DNA of 64,000 bases, taken from the IMG/VR virus record IMGVR_UViG_3300032805_000003, positions 1 through 64,000 of that record. One strand, written 5' to 3'. Below, piece by piece: positions 9,557 to 18,372 of the stretch (positions within the stretch are counted from its first letter, which is position 1; each line of letters begins with the position of its first letter). The translations under genes and the position numbers were made by a program. This stretch comes from a virus. The notes below the pieces were generated by a model that saw only the letters and a program-made list of their open reading frames with translations, ran no database searches and was not told the DNA's origin.

Positions 9557-9584
9557 GGTGATCACTAGTTCCAGGAGGCGGAGC

Positions 9585-10088
9585 ATGCGGGAACCGGCGA
9601 AGACTCCGGTTGACATCGGGCAGGTAGCGTACGAAGCGTACGCCGATCACGTCAGCTGGCGGTCAGTCCGCGGCGAGCCGTTGCCCGGGTACAGCCAGCA
9701 AGCGCCGCGAATCCGGAACGCGTGGCGGGTCGCGGCCGAAGCCGTGCGCGGCCTGGTTCTGCCGGAACTGCGATGGCCCCGGGGGGAGACCTCATGGACG
9801 ATGACTCGCGACGCGTGGGTGCGGTCAGCTACCGACCAGCAAATCGGAGCGGTCATCGCTGCTGTCGCCGCCGGTAGCCGCCTGGACGAGAACGAGGGCG
9901 ACCGGACCGAGCGGAACGAGACGATCTTGTGGTTGTCGACGCGCGGCGAGCAAGGTTGCGAATGGGGCCACGCTGGCAATCCTGCGCGGGACGTCGGCGG
10001 CTGGTGCGACCCGGTGGACACGACTGACGCAGGTCCGGATGGTCCCTCTTTGGTCTCTCAAGCTGGCGGCCCGGAGGCTGGGGAGTAA
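9585..10088 (+). CDS. Hypothetical protein
   Basis: AGGAGG RBS; GQVAYEAY...W motif. Confidence 0.6.
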   Translation: MREPAKTPVDIGQVAYEAYADHVSWRSVRGEPLPGYSQQAPRIRNAWRVAAEAVRGLVLPELRWPRGETSWTMTRDAWVRSATDQQIGAVIAAVAAGSRLDENEGDRTERNETILWLSTRGEQGCEWGHAGNPARDVGGWCDPVDTTDAGPDGPSLVSQAGGPEAGE

Positions 10089-10126
10089 ACGGCAGGTTCG
10101 CTTGCGCAGGTCACAGCGATCTGACG

Positions 10127-10175
10127 GGAGCCGGTGAACAGATTCGAACTGTTGACCTGCCGTTTACAAGACGAC
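10127..10175 (-). mobile_element. attP-like core: 3' half of tRNA-Thr(TGT)
   Basis: Minus strand GTCGT-CTTGTAA-ACGGC anticodon arm, AACAG-TTCGAAT-CTGTT T-arm, CACCGGC-T-CC acceptor 3' strand; no matching 5' half; 1.4 kb downstream of integrase. Confidence 0.8.
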
Positions 10176-10385
10176 GGGATTCCGGATCGTTTCGAGCCGG
10201 GCCGGTTCGTTATACGTTGAACCGCGCTTGAATGCGCTGGTCAAGGCCACATGCGCGCGCTGGTTTCCACCAGGACGGCGCTGGTTGTTCCAGCCCAGTC
10301 CGGAACTGGCGGCCTCTCACGGGACTCTCTCAGCCCGCAACTGCCAGGGCCCGTCCGCGGCGCGGAGCGAGCCCTGGAGCGACGG

Positions 10386-10787
10386 TCAGGCCTTGCGCCA
10401 GGTGACCACAGGCCAGCCGTAGCGGCCGCAGTGCAGACGCCGGGACCGGTGGCCGCATTCGACCCGGTACACGTACGACCCGTCGGCCGCGTCAGCGACA
10501 GCGACACCGACGCCGCGGAACTCCAGCGGCTTGCCTTCGGTGGCGGTCCGGCCGGCCATCCAGACGACGTACTTGGCAGCCAGGTAGCTCGCCTCCAGGA
10601 ACCGGGTCTCGCTGGTCTGGTCCTCGACGTCAGCGAAGAACTGCTCCAGCCGGGCGATCATGCCGGTCGGGCTGTCCGGGTAGCCGTCGCTGTTGACGTA
10701 GACGTTGGCCATCGGCTGGCCGTTCTCGGTGAAATGGACGTTGGCGTGTGTCGCCATCAGGGACCTCCCAAGGTTTGCCGTTGTCAT
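10386..10787 (-). CDS. Hypothetical phage protein (xDGYP motif)
   Basis: VYVNSDGYP...YLAAKYV; leaderless ATG at 10787 or RBS-led ATG at 10757. Confidence 0.7.
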   Translation of the reverse strand: MTTANLGRSLMATHANVHFTENGQPMANVYVNSDGYPDSPTGMIARLEQFFADVEDQTSETRFLEASYLAAKYVVWMAGRTATEGKPLEFRGVGVAVADAADGSYVYRVECGHRSRRLHCGRYGWPVVTWRKA

Positions 10788-10830
10788 GTAGACAAGCCTA
10801 CGGCAAGCCCGTAACCTCAGCAACACGTTT
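10788..10830 (-). promoter_or_regulatory. Conserved phage promoter/operator, copy 1
   Basis: TTGCTG-17-TAGGCT with GTAG-N6-CTAC palindrome over the -10. Confidence 0.75.
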
Positions 10831-10860
10831 ACGCGACGTTTTCTGGCGGGACCGGGTCGG

Positions 10861-10901
10861 GCTCTAGGGCCCGCCCCGGCGCGCGGAGCGGGCCCTAGAG
10901 C
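10861..10901. terminator. GC-rich hairpin, probable terminator
   Basis: GCTCTAGGGCCCGC / GCGGGCCCTAGAGC. Confidence 0.65.
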
Positions 10902-10903
10902 GA

Positions 10904-11128
10904 TCACACGTAGTCGAACGAGGCGTTCACCCGGACTGTGGCGTAGCGCGCGTCCAGCAGGTCCGGATACACCGCCAGCTCGGCCGCCTTGTTCAGCGCC
11001 GCCCGCGTCGCTTCCTCCGCGGTGTCAGCGGCCACCATCTGTGATGGCAAGACGATCTTGACGGTGATCGGCTTGTCGTCCGGTTCGGGACGGTACTCGA
11101 TCTCGATGTCGGTCTTCCAGAAAGCCAT
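10904..11128 (-). CDS. Hypothetical protein
   Basis: GAAAGGA RBS. Confidence 0.65.
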   Translation of the reverse strand: MAFWKTDIEIEYRPEPDDKPITVKIVLPSQMVAADTAEEATRAALNKAAELAVYPDLLDARYATVRVNASFDYV

Positions 11129-11213
11129 CGTCAGGTTCCTTTCTCGCGTCTGGTTGTGGTTGCGGCCCGCCCCGGCAGGAGGTCCGGGGCGAGCCGCAAG
11201 ATCATCCCCCGGG

Positions 11214-11963
11214 TTACCGGAGCGCGCCTGCGGTCCGGCGGCCGACGCCCGTGCCGCCCAGGTTCGCCCGCTGGCCGGCGGCGTGGCCGTCCCGGTAACC
11301 GGAGCCGCTGTAGGTCACCCGCGCCGTGCGGGTCGTCGGGTACGCCCGCTTGGCCTCCTGCTGGATCGCCAGCGACCGGTCAGCCAGGACAACCGCCGTG
11401 CTGACCGACCCGGTCTCACGCGGTTCGCGCTCGGACTCGGCCGCCGCCGCCTGCTCGGCCTGCCGGACCCGGGCGATCACCGCGCTGGAGAAGCCGAGCA
11501 TCCAGGACCGGCGCCAGGCCTTCGCCCGCCCGCCCGAGCCGGGCACGAACTGGCGGGCCAGCCCGTGAGCCATCTGAAGCAGCACCGACGTGTACAGCAG
11601 GTCCAGGCGCTCCAGGTCGGACTGGTAGGCGAAAACGTGTATCCGGACGGAACCGGACCCTGGCCGCGTCGGCAGCATGATCGCCTGTCCGCGGAACGCG
11701 CGGGCGAGGCCGCACAGCAGGTGCGCCTTCACCCGCGCCCACGGGTTGTCCAGGTCGAACATCCGGCTGGCCGGCCGGTCAGTGTCGGGCTGGCTGGCGG
11801 CGAGGCGGGCCCGGTCGATGCCGTACTTGGCCATCAGTTCAGCCGCCTTCGCCGTCAGCGCTTCCGCCTCGGGCGGGGTGCAGGCCTCGTCCTCGGCTTT
11901 GGCCAGCAGCTTGCGGACACGGTCCAGCAGGCGGGACTCGGCTTCCATGTTCAGCGTGGTCAT
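11214..11963 (-). CDS. DUF2786-domain protein
   Basis: LLDRVRKLLAKAE...EAEALTAKAAELMAKYGID; GYRDGHAAG C-terminal motif. Confidence 0.85.
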   Translation of the reverse strand: MTTLNMEAESRLLDRVRKLLAKAEDEACTPPEAEALTAKAAELMAKYGIDRARLAASQPDTDRPASRMFDLDNPWARVKAHLLCGLARAFRGQAIMLPTRPGSGSVRIHVFAYQSDLERLDLLYTSVLLQMAHGLARQFVPGSGGRAKAWRRSWMLGFSSAVIARVRQAEQAAAAESEREPRETGSVSTAVVLADRSLAIQQEAKRAYPTTRTARVTYSGSGYRDGHAAGQRANLGGTGVGRRTAGALR

Positions 11964-12075
11964 CGTGGGGGTTCCTTCCTCGGTTTGGTGTTGCCGGGTT
12001 GCGGGGTCTGTCTGGTGGTCCGATCGGCTGCCCAGGCGCCGGGGAAGTGACGACTGGGCAGCCTCCTCGATCCGG

Positions 12076-12663
12076 TCAGGCAGCGTCAGCGGCCGCGCGC
12101 GCCTCCTGGCGCTTCTGGCACGCCGCCTCGCTCTTGCAGGTCCGGCGCTTCTGGGGGCGCTTGAAGTCGAACCCGCACTTGATGCAGTGGGTGACGTGCT
12201 CGTCGTCGGCGGCGGGCTGGTCCGCGGCAGGCGCGGGCTGGTCGCCGGCGGGCGGGGTGGCGCACTCGGCGTCGTGCTCGGCCTGCGCCGTCTCGGCGTC
12301 ACCGGCGGTCAGGATCGGGCCGTGCTCGTCCTGAAGGTGCTCGTCGGCGGCCTTCGCCCCGGCGGCGTTGTCCTCGCGGACTTTCTGGCCGATCGTCTCG
12401 GCCAGGTCCTCGGGCTCGTCGACGACAGGGGCGGGCTGGCCGGTCAGCGCTTCGGCGATCGCGGCCATCAAGGTGGCCGGGGTTGCCTGCGCGACGGCCG
12501 GGATGTCGTAGACGCCGTGCTCGATGGTGGCCCGGTCGAACAGCGACTTGGCGGTCTTCTCGCTGACGCCCAGGGTCAGGCCGATGGTCTTCCAGCTGGC
12601 GCCGTCGCGGCGGTCTGCGGCGACCTTGCGGAGCTGGTCCCGGGTGAGAGTCGTTGCGGTCAT
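12076..12663 (-). CDS. HTH protein with C-terminal Cys4 motif (paralog of 49833..50261)
   Basis: GASWKTIGLTLGVSEKTA HTH; CIKCGFDFKRPQKRRTCKSEAACQKRQ; GGAGG RBS. Confidence 0.7.
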   Translation of the reverse strand: MTATTLTRDQLRKVAADRRDGASWKTIGLTLGVSEKTAKSLFDRATIEHGVYDIPAVAQATPATLMAAIAEALTGQPAPVVDEPEDLAETIGQKVREDNAAGAKAADEHLQDEHGPILTAGDAETAQAEHDAECATPPAGDQPAPAADQPAADDEHVTHCIKCGFDFKRPQKRRTCKSEAACQKRQEARAAADAA

Positions 12664-12696
12664 TTCGGGTTCCTCCTGTAGGTTTGTCATCGTGAT

Positions 12697-12740
12697 GTAG
12701 ACGAGCCTACGGCAAGTCCGTCAACCTCGTCAACACGTTT
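12697..12740 (-). promoter_or_regulatory. Conserved phage promoter/operator, copy 2
   Basis: TTGACG-18-TAGGCT; GTAGACGAGCCTAC. Confidence 0.8.
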
Positions 12741-12884
12741 CCGCGATGTTTTCCGGAGAAAGCTGGAGGGGCGGCAGCCCGGGTCCGGTCCAGGCCGCCG
12801 CCCCTCCAGGCCGGCGAACGTCAACGCGACATGACGGCGCTCCCTCCGTCGACGATGTCTACCAGACGGTGACTAACGTTACGG

Positions 12885-12924
12885 CACAGGACAGCGCAGG
12901 TCAACACAGAACACCGCTGGACAG
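12885..12924 (+). repeat. Four phased 10-bp direct repeats (CRCWGRACAR-like)
   Basis: CACAGGACAG CGCAGGTCAA CACAGAACAC CGCTGGACAG. Confidence 0.6.
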
Positions 12925-12940
12925 CACCCATATACAGCAG

Positions 12941-12974
12941 GAGACCCCGGCGAGGGTGAGCTCGCCGGGGTCTC
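12941..12974. terminator. Strong hairpin
   Basis: GAGACCCCGGCGAG / CTCGCCGGGGTCTC 14-bp stem. Confidence 0.65.
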
Positions 12975-13213
12975 TTGGCTCCAGCCGCAAGGGCTGACCG
13001 GACGTCCGCAGAACCAGGGTAACAACCGTCACCGTCACCCGGCCGCAGGCTTGAACAAGGGCGCGGGACCGGCAGCTGCGGGGGTCAGCTGCCGGTCCCG
13101 CTTCGTTACCCGCGAGCCCTGCGCTCCGCGGTGGTTGGGACTCCTTCAGGTAAACATGCTCTCACCTGCGCAGGAAGCCTCCTGGAGGCCACAGAATTGT
13201 GCTCTAGCCTGCG

Positions 13214-13663
13214 CTACAGGTTCGGGTTACGATCTGTTTTTAAGGTTTCGCTGGCGGCCACCGCGCTGAGCACCGCGCTCAAGTCCCGCAACCGGACCAG
13301 CAACGGCAAGATCATGCTGGTCATGCAGGCTTCGCCTGCCGGAGTGAGGACCACCCGGACGATCCGGCTGTCCAGCCGGTCGCGCTGTTTCTGGATGAAA
13401 CCGGCCACGCTGCACCGGTTCACCAGCTCGATCGTGCTGTGCGGCCGCAGCATCAGATAGCCGGCCAGGTCGCTGACGGTCGCCGGGTCGCTGCCCGGGT
13501 GACCTTTGACAGCAACCAGCAGCTGGAACTGCTGGGCAGTCAGCCCGAACTTCGCGACTTCTTGCTCGAGCCAGGCGTTGTGCTGTCTTAGCCGGATGCG
13601 CCAGGCCAGCAGCTTCTGGAAGTCTTCGCGGGACGGCGCCGGGTCAGCGTGGTAGGCGGTCAT
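13214..13663 (-). CDS. MarR-family transcriptional regulator
   Basis: GLTAQQFQLL...TVSDLAGYL...STIELVNR...DRLDSRIVRVVLTPAG. Confidence 0.88.
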   Translation of the reverse strand: MTAYHADPAPSREDFQKLLAWRIRLRQHNAWLEQEVAKFGLTAQQFQLLVAVKGHPGSDPATVSDLAGYLMLRPHSTIELVNRCSVAGFIQKQRDRLDSRIVRVVLTPAGEACMTSMILPLLVRLRDLSAVLSAVAASETLKTDRNPNL

Positions 13664-14159
13664 CGGTGTTCGCCTGCTGCGCGCTGGCCAGATCTTGGGC
13701 GAGGACCCGGAACAGCTGGCCGCAGCTACCACAGGCAGCACCAGAAACGCGGGACGCAAACGAAAGGAAACCACCAGGGATACGATTGTTCATACGGCTA
13801 GACCTCTCACCAGGTCTTGACGAGCCGGTGACGGGGGTCATCGTCCCGGCGAATCCGGCCCCGGCAGCGCGCGTACCCGCACGTTTGCTGGGGCCGTTAC
13901 TGTCTGGACAGCTTAGCGCGTACAGGACGGATTCCGGAAACCTGTCTCACGTTTTTCGTTCAGGCAGGCTGCACAGACGACTTCCGCATAGCCGGTAGCC
14001 CTCCCCCGGGCAGGTAAACCCCCCGGGGCTGTGATCTTCCCTTAAGGCTTGCGTTCCGTTGAGGGTTTGACCGCAGTACGCCCCGGCTGCCCGGGAGAGG
14101 ACGTTCAGATGCGCCAGCCGGATGGCTGACACCCCGGCAGGGGTCACATGTCCCGGTGG

Positions 14160-14390
14160 TCAGCCAGACTGGCCGAACCGGTCGAACTCGCCGTCGCGCA
14201 CCCCGCCGAGGAACGCGCGCCATTCCCCCGGCGTGAACTGGAGCACTGGCCCGCCCGGGTCTTTCGAGTCGCGGACAGCGACCCCGTCAGGCAGGTCTGC
14301 GACTTCGACACAGTTGCTGTTGGAGAAGCTGAGCGAGCTCTTGAACCATTGCAGGCCCGAGTCGCCCTTGAGCTGGTCCGCCGTTGCCAC
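14160..14390 (-). CDS. DUF397-domain protein
   Basis: WFKSSLS...NCVEVA...VAVRDSKDPGGPVLQFTPGEWRAF. Confidence 0.92.
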   Translation of the reverse strand: MATADQLKGDSGLQWFKSSLSFSNSNCVEVADLPDGVAVRDSKDPGGPVLQFTPGEWRAFLGGVRDGEFDRFGQSG

Positions 14391-14471
14391 CGTTGCCGTC
14401 CTTCCCCTGTGACCGCGGTTTCGAGGGTACGGCAAGACGCTGGTCGTCGTCGACGCGTCACGATGTTTTTC

Positions 14472-14723
14472 TCAGGGTGACGATTCGCCGTCGTCCTGGG
14501 CGCCGGATTCAGCGGCAGAAACCTGCTCCATATAGCTGATGATCTCCAGCGCGGCCAGCGCTTCATGCAGCTGAGCGGCGGCCTTCAGCACCGGACGCGG
14601 AACCGGTGTCCGGGCTGCGTCGATGTCCCGGGTGACTTCCCACGCGACCCGCTCGAGGTACTGGGCAGCTTGCCGGGCGGCGCGGACATGCCGGACTCGC
14701 AGGTCATCCAGAGATTCAGCCAT
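14472..14723 (-). CDS. Hypothetical protein
   Basis: GGAG RBS; overlaps upstream stop. Confidence 0.6.
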   Translation of the reverse strand: MAESLDDLRVRHVRAARQAAQYLERVAWEVTRDIDAARTPVPRPVLKAAAQLHEALAALEIISYMEQVSAAESGAQDDGESSP

Positions 14724-15252
14724 CGTTGTCTCCCGTGCGGATCATCCGGCCGGGGATCCCGGCTTTCTTCGCTTTCGTTGCGCAGTCCATCGCACCGTGG
14801 GAACTGTGCGGTTCCTGGCCGGCGCACCGGGGGTCGATACAGCTGGCGACCAGCGCCACGCATTCGGCGGTCGCCCCGGCGGTCATCCGGCGGGTGATCT
14901 CTTGCACCATCGCCAGGTTGCGGATCATCCCGGCCCGGCGGCCGCAGCGATCCCAGTCCGCCGGATAGCGTTCGATCACCCAGCCGCCGAGCTGGCGGGC
15001 GGCCCAGTCCGCCAGCCAGTCACCGCCGAGCAGTTTGCTTTGGGCGGCCAGGTCCAGATGGGTCGCCTGATACCAGGACACCGTCTGGAAGGTGCCGGGC
15101 TGGGGGCCGGGGCGGCGCGGGTCGCACTGGCCGTGGAACAGCACCAGCCGGTCATCCGGCCTGCGGTGAGCGACCCCCGCCAGCGCGATCAGGACCTTGT
15201 CCCAATCCGGCCAGTGACGGCTGCCGGTCACCAGCAGAACATGATCACCCAT
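14716..15252 (-). CDS. SLOG-family (DUF2493/YspA-like) protein
   Basis: LLVTGSRHW, LFHG, YPADW..GRRAGMIRNLAMV. Confidence 0.8.
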   Translation of the reverse strand: MGDHVLLVTGSRHWPDWDKVLIALAGVAHRRPDDRLVLFHGQCDPRRPGPQPGTFQTVSWYQATHLDLAAQSKLLGGDWLADWAARQLGGWVIERYPADWDRCGRRAGMIRNLAMVQEITRRMTAGATAECVALVASCIDPRCAGQEPHSSHGAMDCATKAKKAGIPGRMIRTGDNDG

Positions 15253-15279
15253 CGCTACTCCCCCGGCCGGCTAGCCGGA

Positions 15280-15402
15280 TCACGTTGCTGCCCCGTCCTT
15301 CTCGGCCGCAACCTGATCCGGATAGTGGATGTGGTTCTGGTGGTCTTCGCCGCCGTCGTGCCGGACATACCAGCACGGCGCGGCCAACTGCTGGACTGTC
15401 AT
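15280..15402 (-). CDS. 40-aa hypothetical protein (absent from ORF track)
   Basis: GGAGG RBS; MTVQQLAAPCWYVRHDGGEDHQNHIHYPDQVAAEKDGAAT. Confidence 0.4.
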   Translation of the reverse strand: MTVQQLAAPCWYVRHDGGEDHQNHIHYPDQVAAEKDGAAT

Positions 15403-15783
15403 CTAAAGGCCTCCTGAATTCCTGCTCTCTGAAACGGCCAGCTTGACTGCCACAGCCAGGCGAAACCATCCGGCCATAACCGCCCCGTTCTTCTCGCGTT
15501 TGCAACGCGGCAACCACCAGGTCGGCGGCCCGGTCATAACGTACGTATAGAGCGTGCCGTAACGGGTGATGAAGCGGCGGCTGCGGTTCCGCTGGCCGGG
15601 CTCCATAGTCCGCGACGCCGCAGGAAGAGCGCTGAGGGCGCGTTCCACGTCTGCGTCGGTGAACGGGCCCGTCTGCTTGTCGCGGCTGAAAGTGCTTGTC
15701 AGAATCCCGGCTGGTATGCGGCGCTTGATGACGAGAGTAAGCCGGTCTTCGCTTAGTGCGTAAACGGTGTCATCACCCATCAA
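15403..15783 (-). CDS. Hypothetical protein
   Basis: GGAG RBS; operon context. Confidence 0.6.
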   Translation of the reverse strand: MMGDDTVYALSEDRLTLVIKRRIPAGILTSTFSRDKQTGPFTDADVERALSALPAASRTMEPGQRNRSRRFITRYGTLYTYVMTGPPTWWLPRCKREKNGAVMAGWFRLAVAVKLAVSESRNSGGL

Positions 15784-16003
15784 CGTTCTCCTGCTTGCTT
15801 CCGGGTATCTCGATGCGGGCCTGGACGATCAGCTTTGTTCCTTCAGGGAAGTCGTCTGCGGTGGCGGCGAACCCGGGCCCGTAGATGACGGGTGCCCTGC
15901 CGTCTTGCGTGACCTCGTCCCGCCAGTACAACCGGCCGCCCGCTGACCGCCAGACCACCAGCACTGTGCTGGAGGTCTCAGCGCCGGCACGCAGATCACT
16001 CAC
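15773..16003 (-). CDS. Hypothetical protein
   Basis: GTG start overlapping upstream stop. Confidence 0.5.
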   Translation of the reverse strand: MSDLRAGAETSSTVLVVWRSAGGRLYWRDEVTQDGRAPVIYGPGFAATADDFPEGTKLIVQARIEIPGSKQENVDG

Positions 16004-16733
16004 CGGCGGGCTCCGTATCGTCGCCGCCGAGCAGTTGCTCTGGGCGGGTGAACTCGCCACGCAGATAGATCGCGGTCTCGTCGCCCTGTTCCGCGAGTTC
16101 CCGGATCCGGTCGAGCAGGCGGCGGCGGGCTTCAGTCATCGCCTGATGGCATTCGTCCCGGCTGCCGCACACCCGCTGGTACCGGTCCGAGACGAAGCAC
16201 AACGCGCCGACGTCGGCGGCGGGCGGGCCGTAGGCTTCGCAATCCCAGGCGCGGTGCTGATGGTAGGTGTCGACGGCTGCCTGCGCGGCGGTCAGGTTCG
16301 GGTACCGGGTGTCGCCGAGGAGGCTGAGACGGCCGCCGACGACCGAGCCGCGGGCGCTGTCCGTCCGTTCGTGGATCGCCAGCGGGGCACCGTTGCCGGT
16401 CCAGGTCAGGATCATGTTCGGGCGGGTGGGATGCGGCCAGGCTGTGCCGCCGGCCGGGGTCCGGCCCGCCGGGGCGACGTGCTTGGTCAGATGATCAGCG
16501 TTGACTTCCCACTTGCCGCCGTTCAAGATCGCTACGACCCAGGTTGTCCAGGGTGGCGGCCCGTCGTCGAACCGGTAGATCTCGTCGACGACCAGCGGAC
16601 CGTCATCCAGCGGGCTGTCCGGCGACTCCGGGTTGTAGTAGGTGACCCGGTCAGCCGGCTTGTAGCCGTGGTACTCGTCCAGCTGGACGGGGGCGTCCGG
16701 GTCGTCCGGGTCGGTGTTGTAGAAGCGTCCCAT
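15996..16733 (-). CDS. Hypothetical protein
   Basis: TGATG coupling; GC3-rich frame. Confidence 0.65.
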   Translation of the reverse strand: MGRFYNTDPDDPDAPVQLDEYHGYKPADRVTYYNPESPDSPLDDGPLVVDEIYRFDDGPPPWTTWVVAILNGGKWEVNADHLTKHVAPAGRTPAGGTAWPHPTRPNMILTWTGNGAPLAIHERTDSARGSVVGGRLSLLGDTRYPNLTAAQAAVDTYHQHRAWDCEAYGPPAADVGALCFVSDRYQRVCGSRDECHQAMTEARRRLLDRIRELAEQGDETAIYLRGEFTRPEQLLGGDDTEPAGE

Positions 16734-17506
16734 CAGGGCTTGTCCTCTCTCAAGATGGCGCGGACCCAGGTCAGGATCTGGCCGAGGTAATTCAGGCCGG
16801 GTTCAGCGCACGACGGGCGGCTGCACCGGCAGTCGCCCCAGAACTGGTCGTGCCACCAGTTGCCTTCGATCAGTCCGGCGTCGCCGGTGCTGACCAGCTG
16901 GTCGCCGAGGCGCGGGTTCTGCCAGAACTTGGCCAGGACGACGTCGAACATGACGCGCTTGCGGACGCCGTCCCAATCCGGGCTAAGGCGGAGACGGCGT
17001 CCGGCGCGTTTGGCGTCTAGCGCGGACCGGCAAGCCTGGATCATCATTCGTTCTGTGGCAGTGCTGGCTTTCTGGGCTTGGAAAGCGTGTTCGGCTGTCA
17101 TGTAAACCCAGCCGTCTATGTCAATCGGAGAGCGGGCGAAATTCGACAAGAAGCTGTAGCTGCCCCTGAAATCGGTGACCGGATCAGTCATTTCGTTTTC
17201 TCCTGGCGGGTCGACTTCGGTGAAGCCGCCGATTCGTTCGATGACCCGGATGAAGTTGCTTTGCGGGCCGTAGGCGTCATAGAAGCCGCGGCACAAGGCA
17301 GGGCCGAAGCCGGGATGGTCGCCGTAGCTGAGGGTGTCGTGACAGATGATCCCCTGGCAGTCTTGCCGGAGTCCGGCGGTGACCATCGTCTTGAGGCGGC
17401 CGGGGCGCAGGTGCATCGGGTTGCCGGGCAGGAAGATGCAGGTAGCGCACTGGCCGGACAATAGCCGTGGCCGGTGAGTGACCGGGTCGTAACACGACTC
17501 AGGCAT
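16733..17506 (-). CDS. NADAR (YbiA/DUF1768) protein with Cys-rich N-terminal domain
   Basis: FLSNF, TAEHAFQAQK, AKF.QN..L...L..TG...LIEGNWWHDQFWG, GLNYLGQIL; internal RBS+ATG at 17191. Confidence 0.88.
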   Translation of the reverse strand: MPESCYDPVTHRPRLLSGQCATCIFLPGNPMHLRPGRLKTMVTAGLRQDCQGIICHDTLSYGDHPGFGPALCRGFYDAYGPQSNFIRVIERIGGFTEVDPPGENEMTDPVTDFRGSYSFLSNFARSPIDIDGWVYMTAEHAFQAQKASTATERMMIQACRSALDAKRAGRRLRLSPDWDGVRKRVMFDVVLAKFWQNPRLGDQLVSTGDAGLIEGNWWHDQFWGDCRCSRPSCAEPGLNYLGQILTWVRAILREDKP

Positions 17507-17807
17507 CGTAGCCACCGTATTCAAACAGGCGCGGGTCTTGCGTCCAGAGACCCGTCCGGGGGGCGGGCCCGGGTGTGCCCATCCGGCGGCCACACCAGGT
17601 GCACCGGCCGTTGGTGTTCACCAGGCAGCCGGTGCCGGTGACGACGTCCGGGGCCTGGCAATCGCCACGGTAACGCCGGGGTCTGTCAACCGGGTTGAGA
17701 AGCCAGCGGACTTCCCGCTTGAGGCGGGCGGTCTCGTTCTCGGCCATGATCCGCGCCAGAACCTGCTCTGCGGTGTTCACCGGACCCGCCTCCCTCACGT
17801 TGGTCAT
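17499..17807 (-). CDS. Hypothetical Cys-containing protein
   Basis: Directly downstream of promoter copy at 17814. Confidence 0.55.
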   Translation of the reverse strand: MTNVREAGPVNTAEQVLARIMAENETARLKREVRWLLNPVDRPRRYRGDCQAPDVVTGTGCLVNTNGRCTWCGRRMGTPGPAPRTGLWTQDPRLFEYGGYDA

Positions 17808-17813
17808 CGTTAC

Positions 17814-17853
17814 GTAGACCACCCTATCGTAACTTTGCGGGAACGTCGAACAA
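17814..17853 (-). promoter_or_regulatory. Degenerate copy of conserved promoter
   Basis: TTCGAC-18-TAGGGT-GGTCTAC. Confidence 0.55.
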
Positions 17854-17897
17854 AGTTTTCTGCCGGGATTCAGGTCGCACGTCCACTCGTAAAGGCC

Positions 17898-18029
17898 TTA
17901 CTGGCGGGCTGCCCACAACGAGCGGGCCAGCTGTTGTTCCCGGCGGGTTTCCCGCCGCCAGCCGTGCACGAAACCGGCCACACCCGCCAGCGTCACCGCG
18001 GCGACGATCACCAGAGTCCGGTTACTCAC
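17898..18029 (-). CDS. 43-aa membrane peptide (absent from ORF track)
   Basis: AAAGGA RBS; MSNRTLVIVAAVTLAGVAGFVHGWRRETRREQQLARSLWAARQ. Confidence 0.5.
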   Translation of the reverse strand: MSNRTLVIVAAVTLAGVAGFVHGWRRETRREQQLARSLWAARQ

Positions 18030-18372
18030 CGGGTGTCCTTTCGCGCAGGTTCACGGCCTGGTCGTCGTGGGTGATCACCCAGGCGGTGTTCCGCAGCGTG
18101 GTAGCCATCAGCTGGAGCTCGGCGGCCGTGGCGCCGGTGTCTGCCGGGGTGATGCTGTCGAGGCCGTCAGCGCGCCGGTCGAGCTCGGCGGCGATGCGGG
18201 CCCGTTCGGCTGCGAGGATGCGCGGTCCGGCGATGGCGAGCGCGCGTTCCGCGACGTCGAAAGCGACAGACCGGATCCGCTCGGGCGGGGCGATGATCCA
18301 CGAAACTTTCCGCAGTTCTTGCGCCACCACCTCGGCGGCGGCGGTGATGATCTCGGCCGGGATCTCAGCCAT
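18022..18372 (-). CDS. Hypothetical protein
   Basis: GGAGG RBS; ILAAERARI motif. Confidence 0.65.
   Translation of the reverse strand: MAEIPAEIITAAAEVVAQELRKVSWIIAPPERIRSVAFDVAERALAIAGPRILAAERARIAAELDRRADGLDSITPADTGATAAELQLMATTLRNTAWVITHDDQAVNLRERTPGE

Noticed and set aside
9182-9587. Shared TCCAGGAGGCGGA before two genes
   Set aside because: Mostly explained by the Shine-Dalgarno sequence; too short to call a regulatory repeat
10100-10210. Complete tRNA-Thr gene
   Set aside because: No 5' acceptor strand (GCCGGTG) or D-arm upstream of the anticodon stem; only the 3' half is present, so it is called an att core
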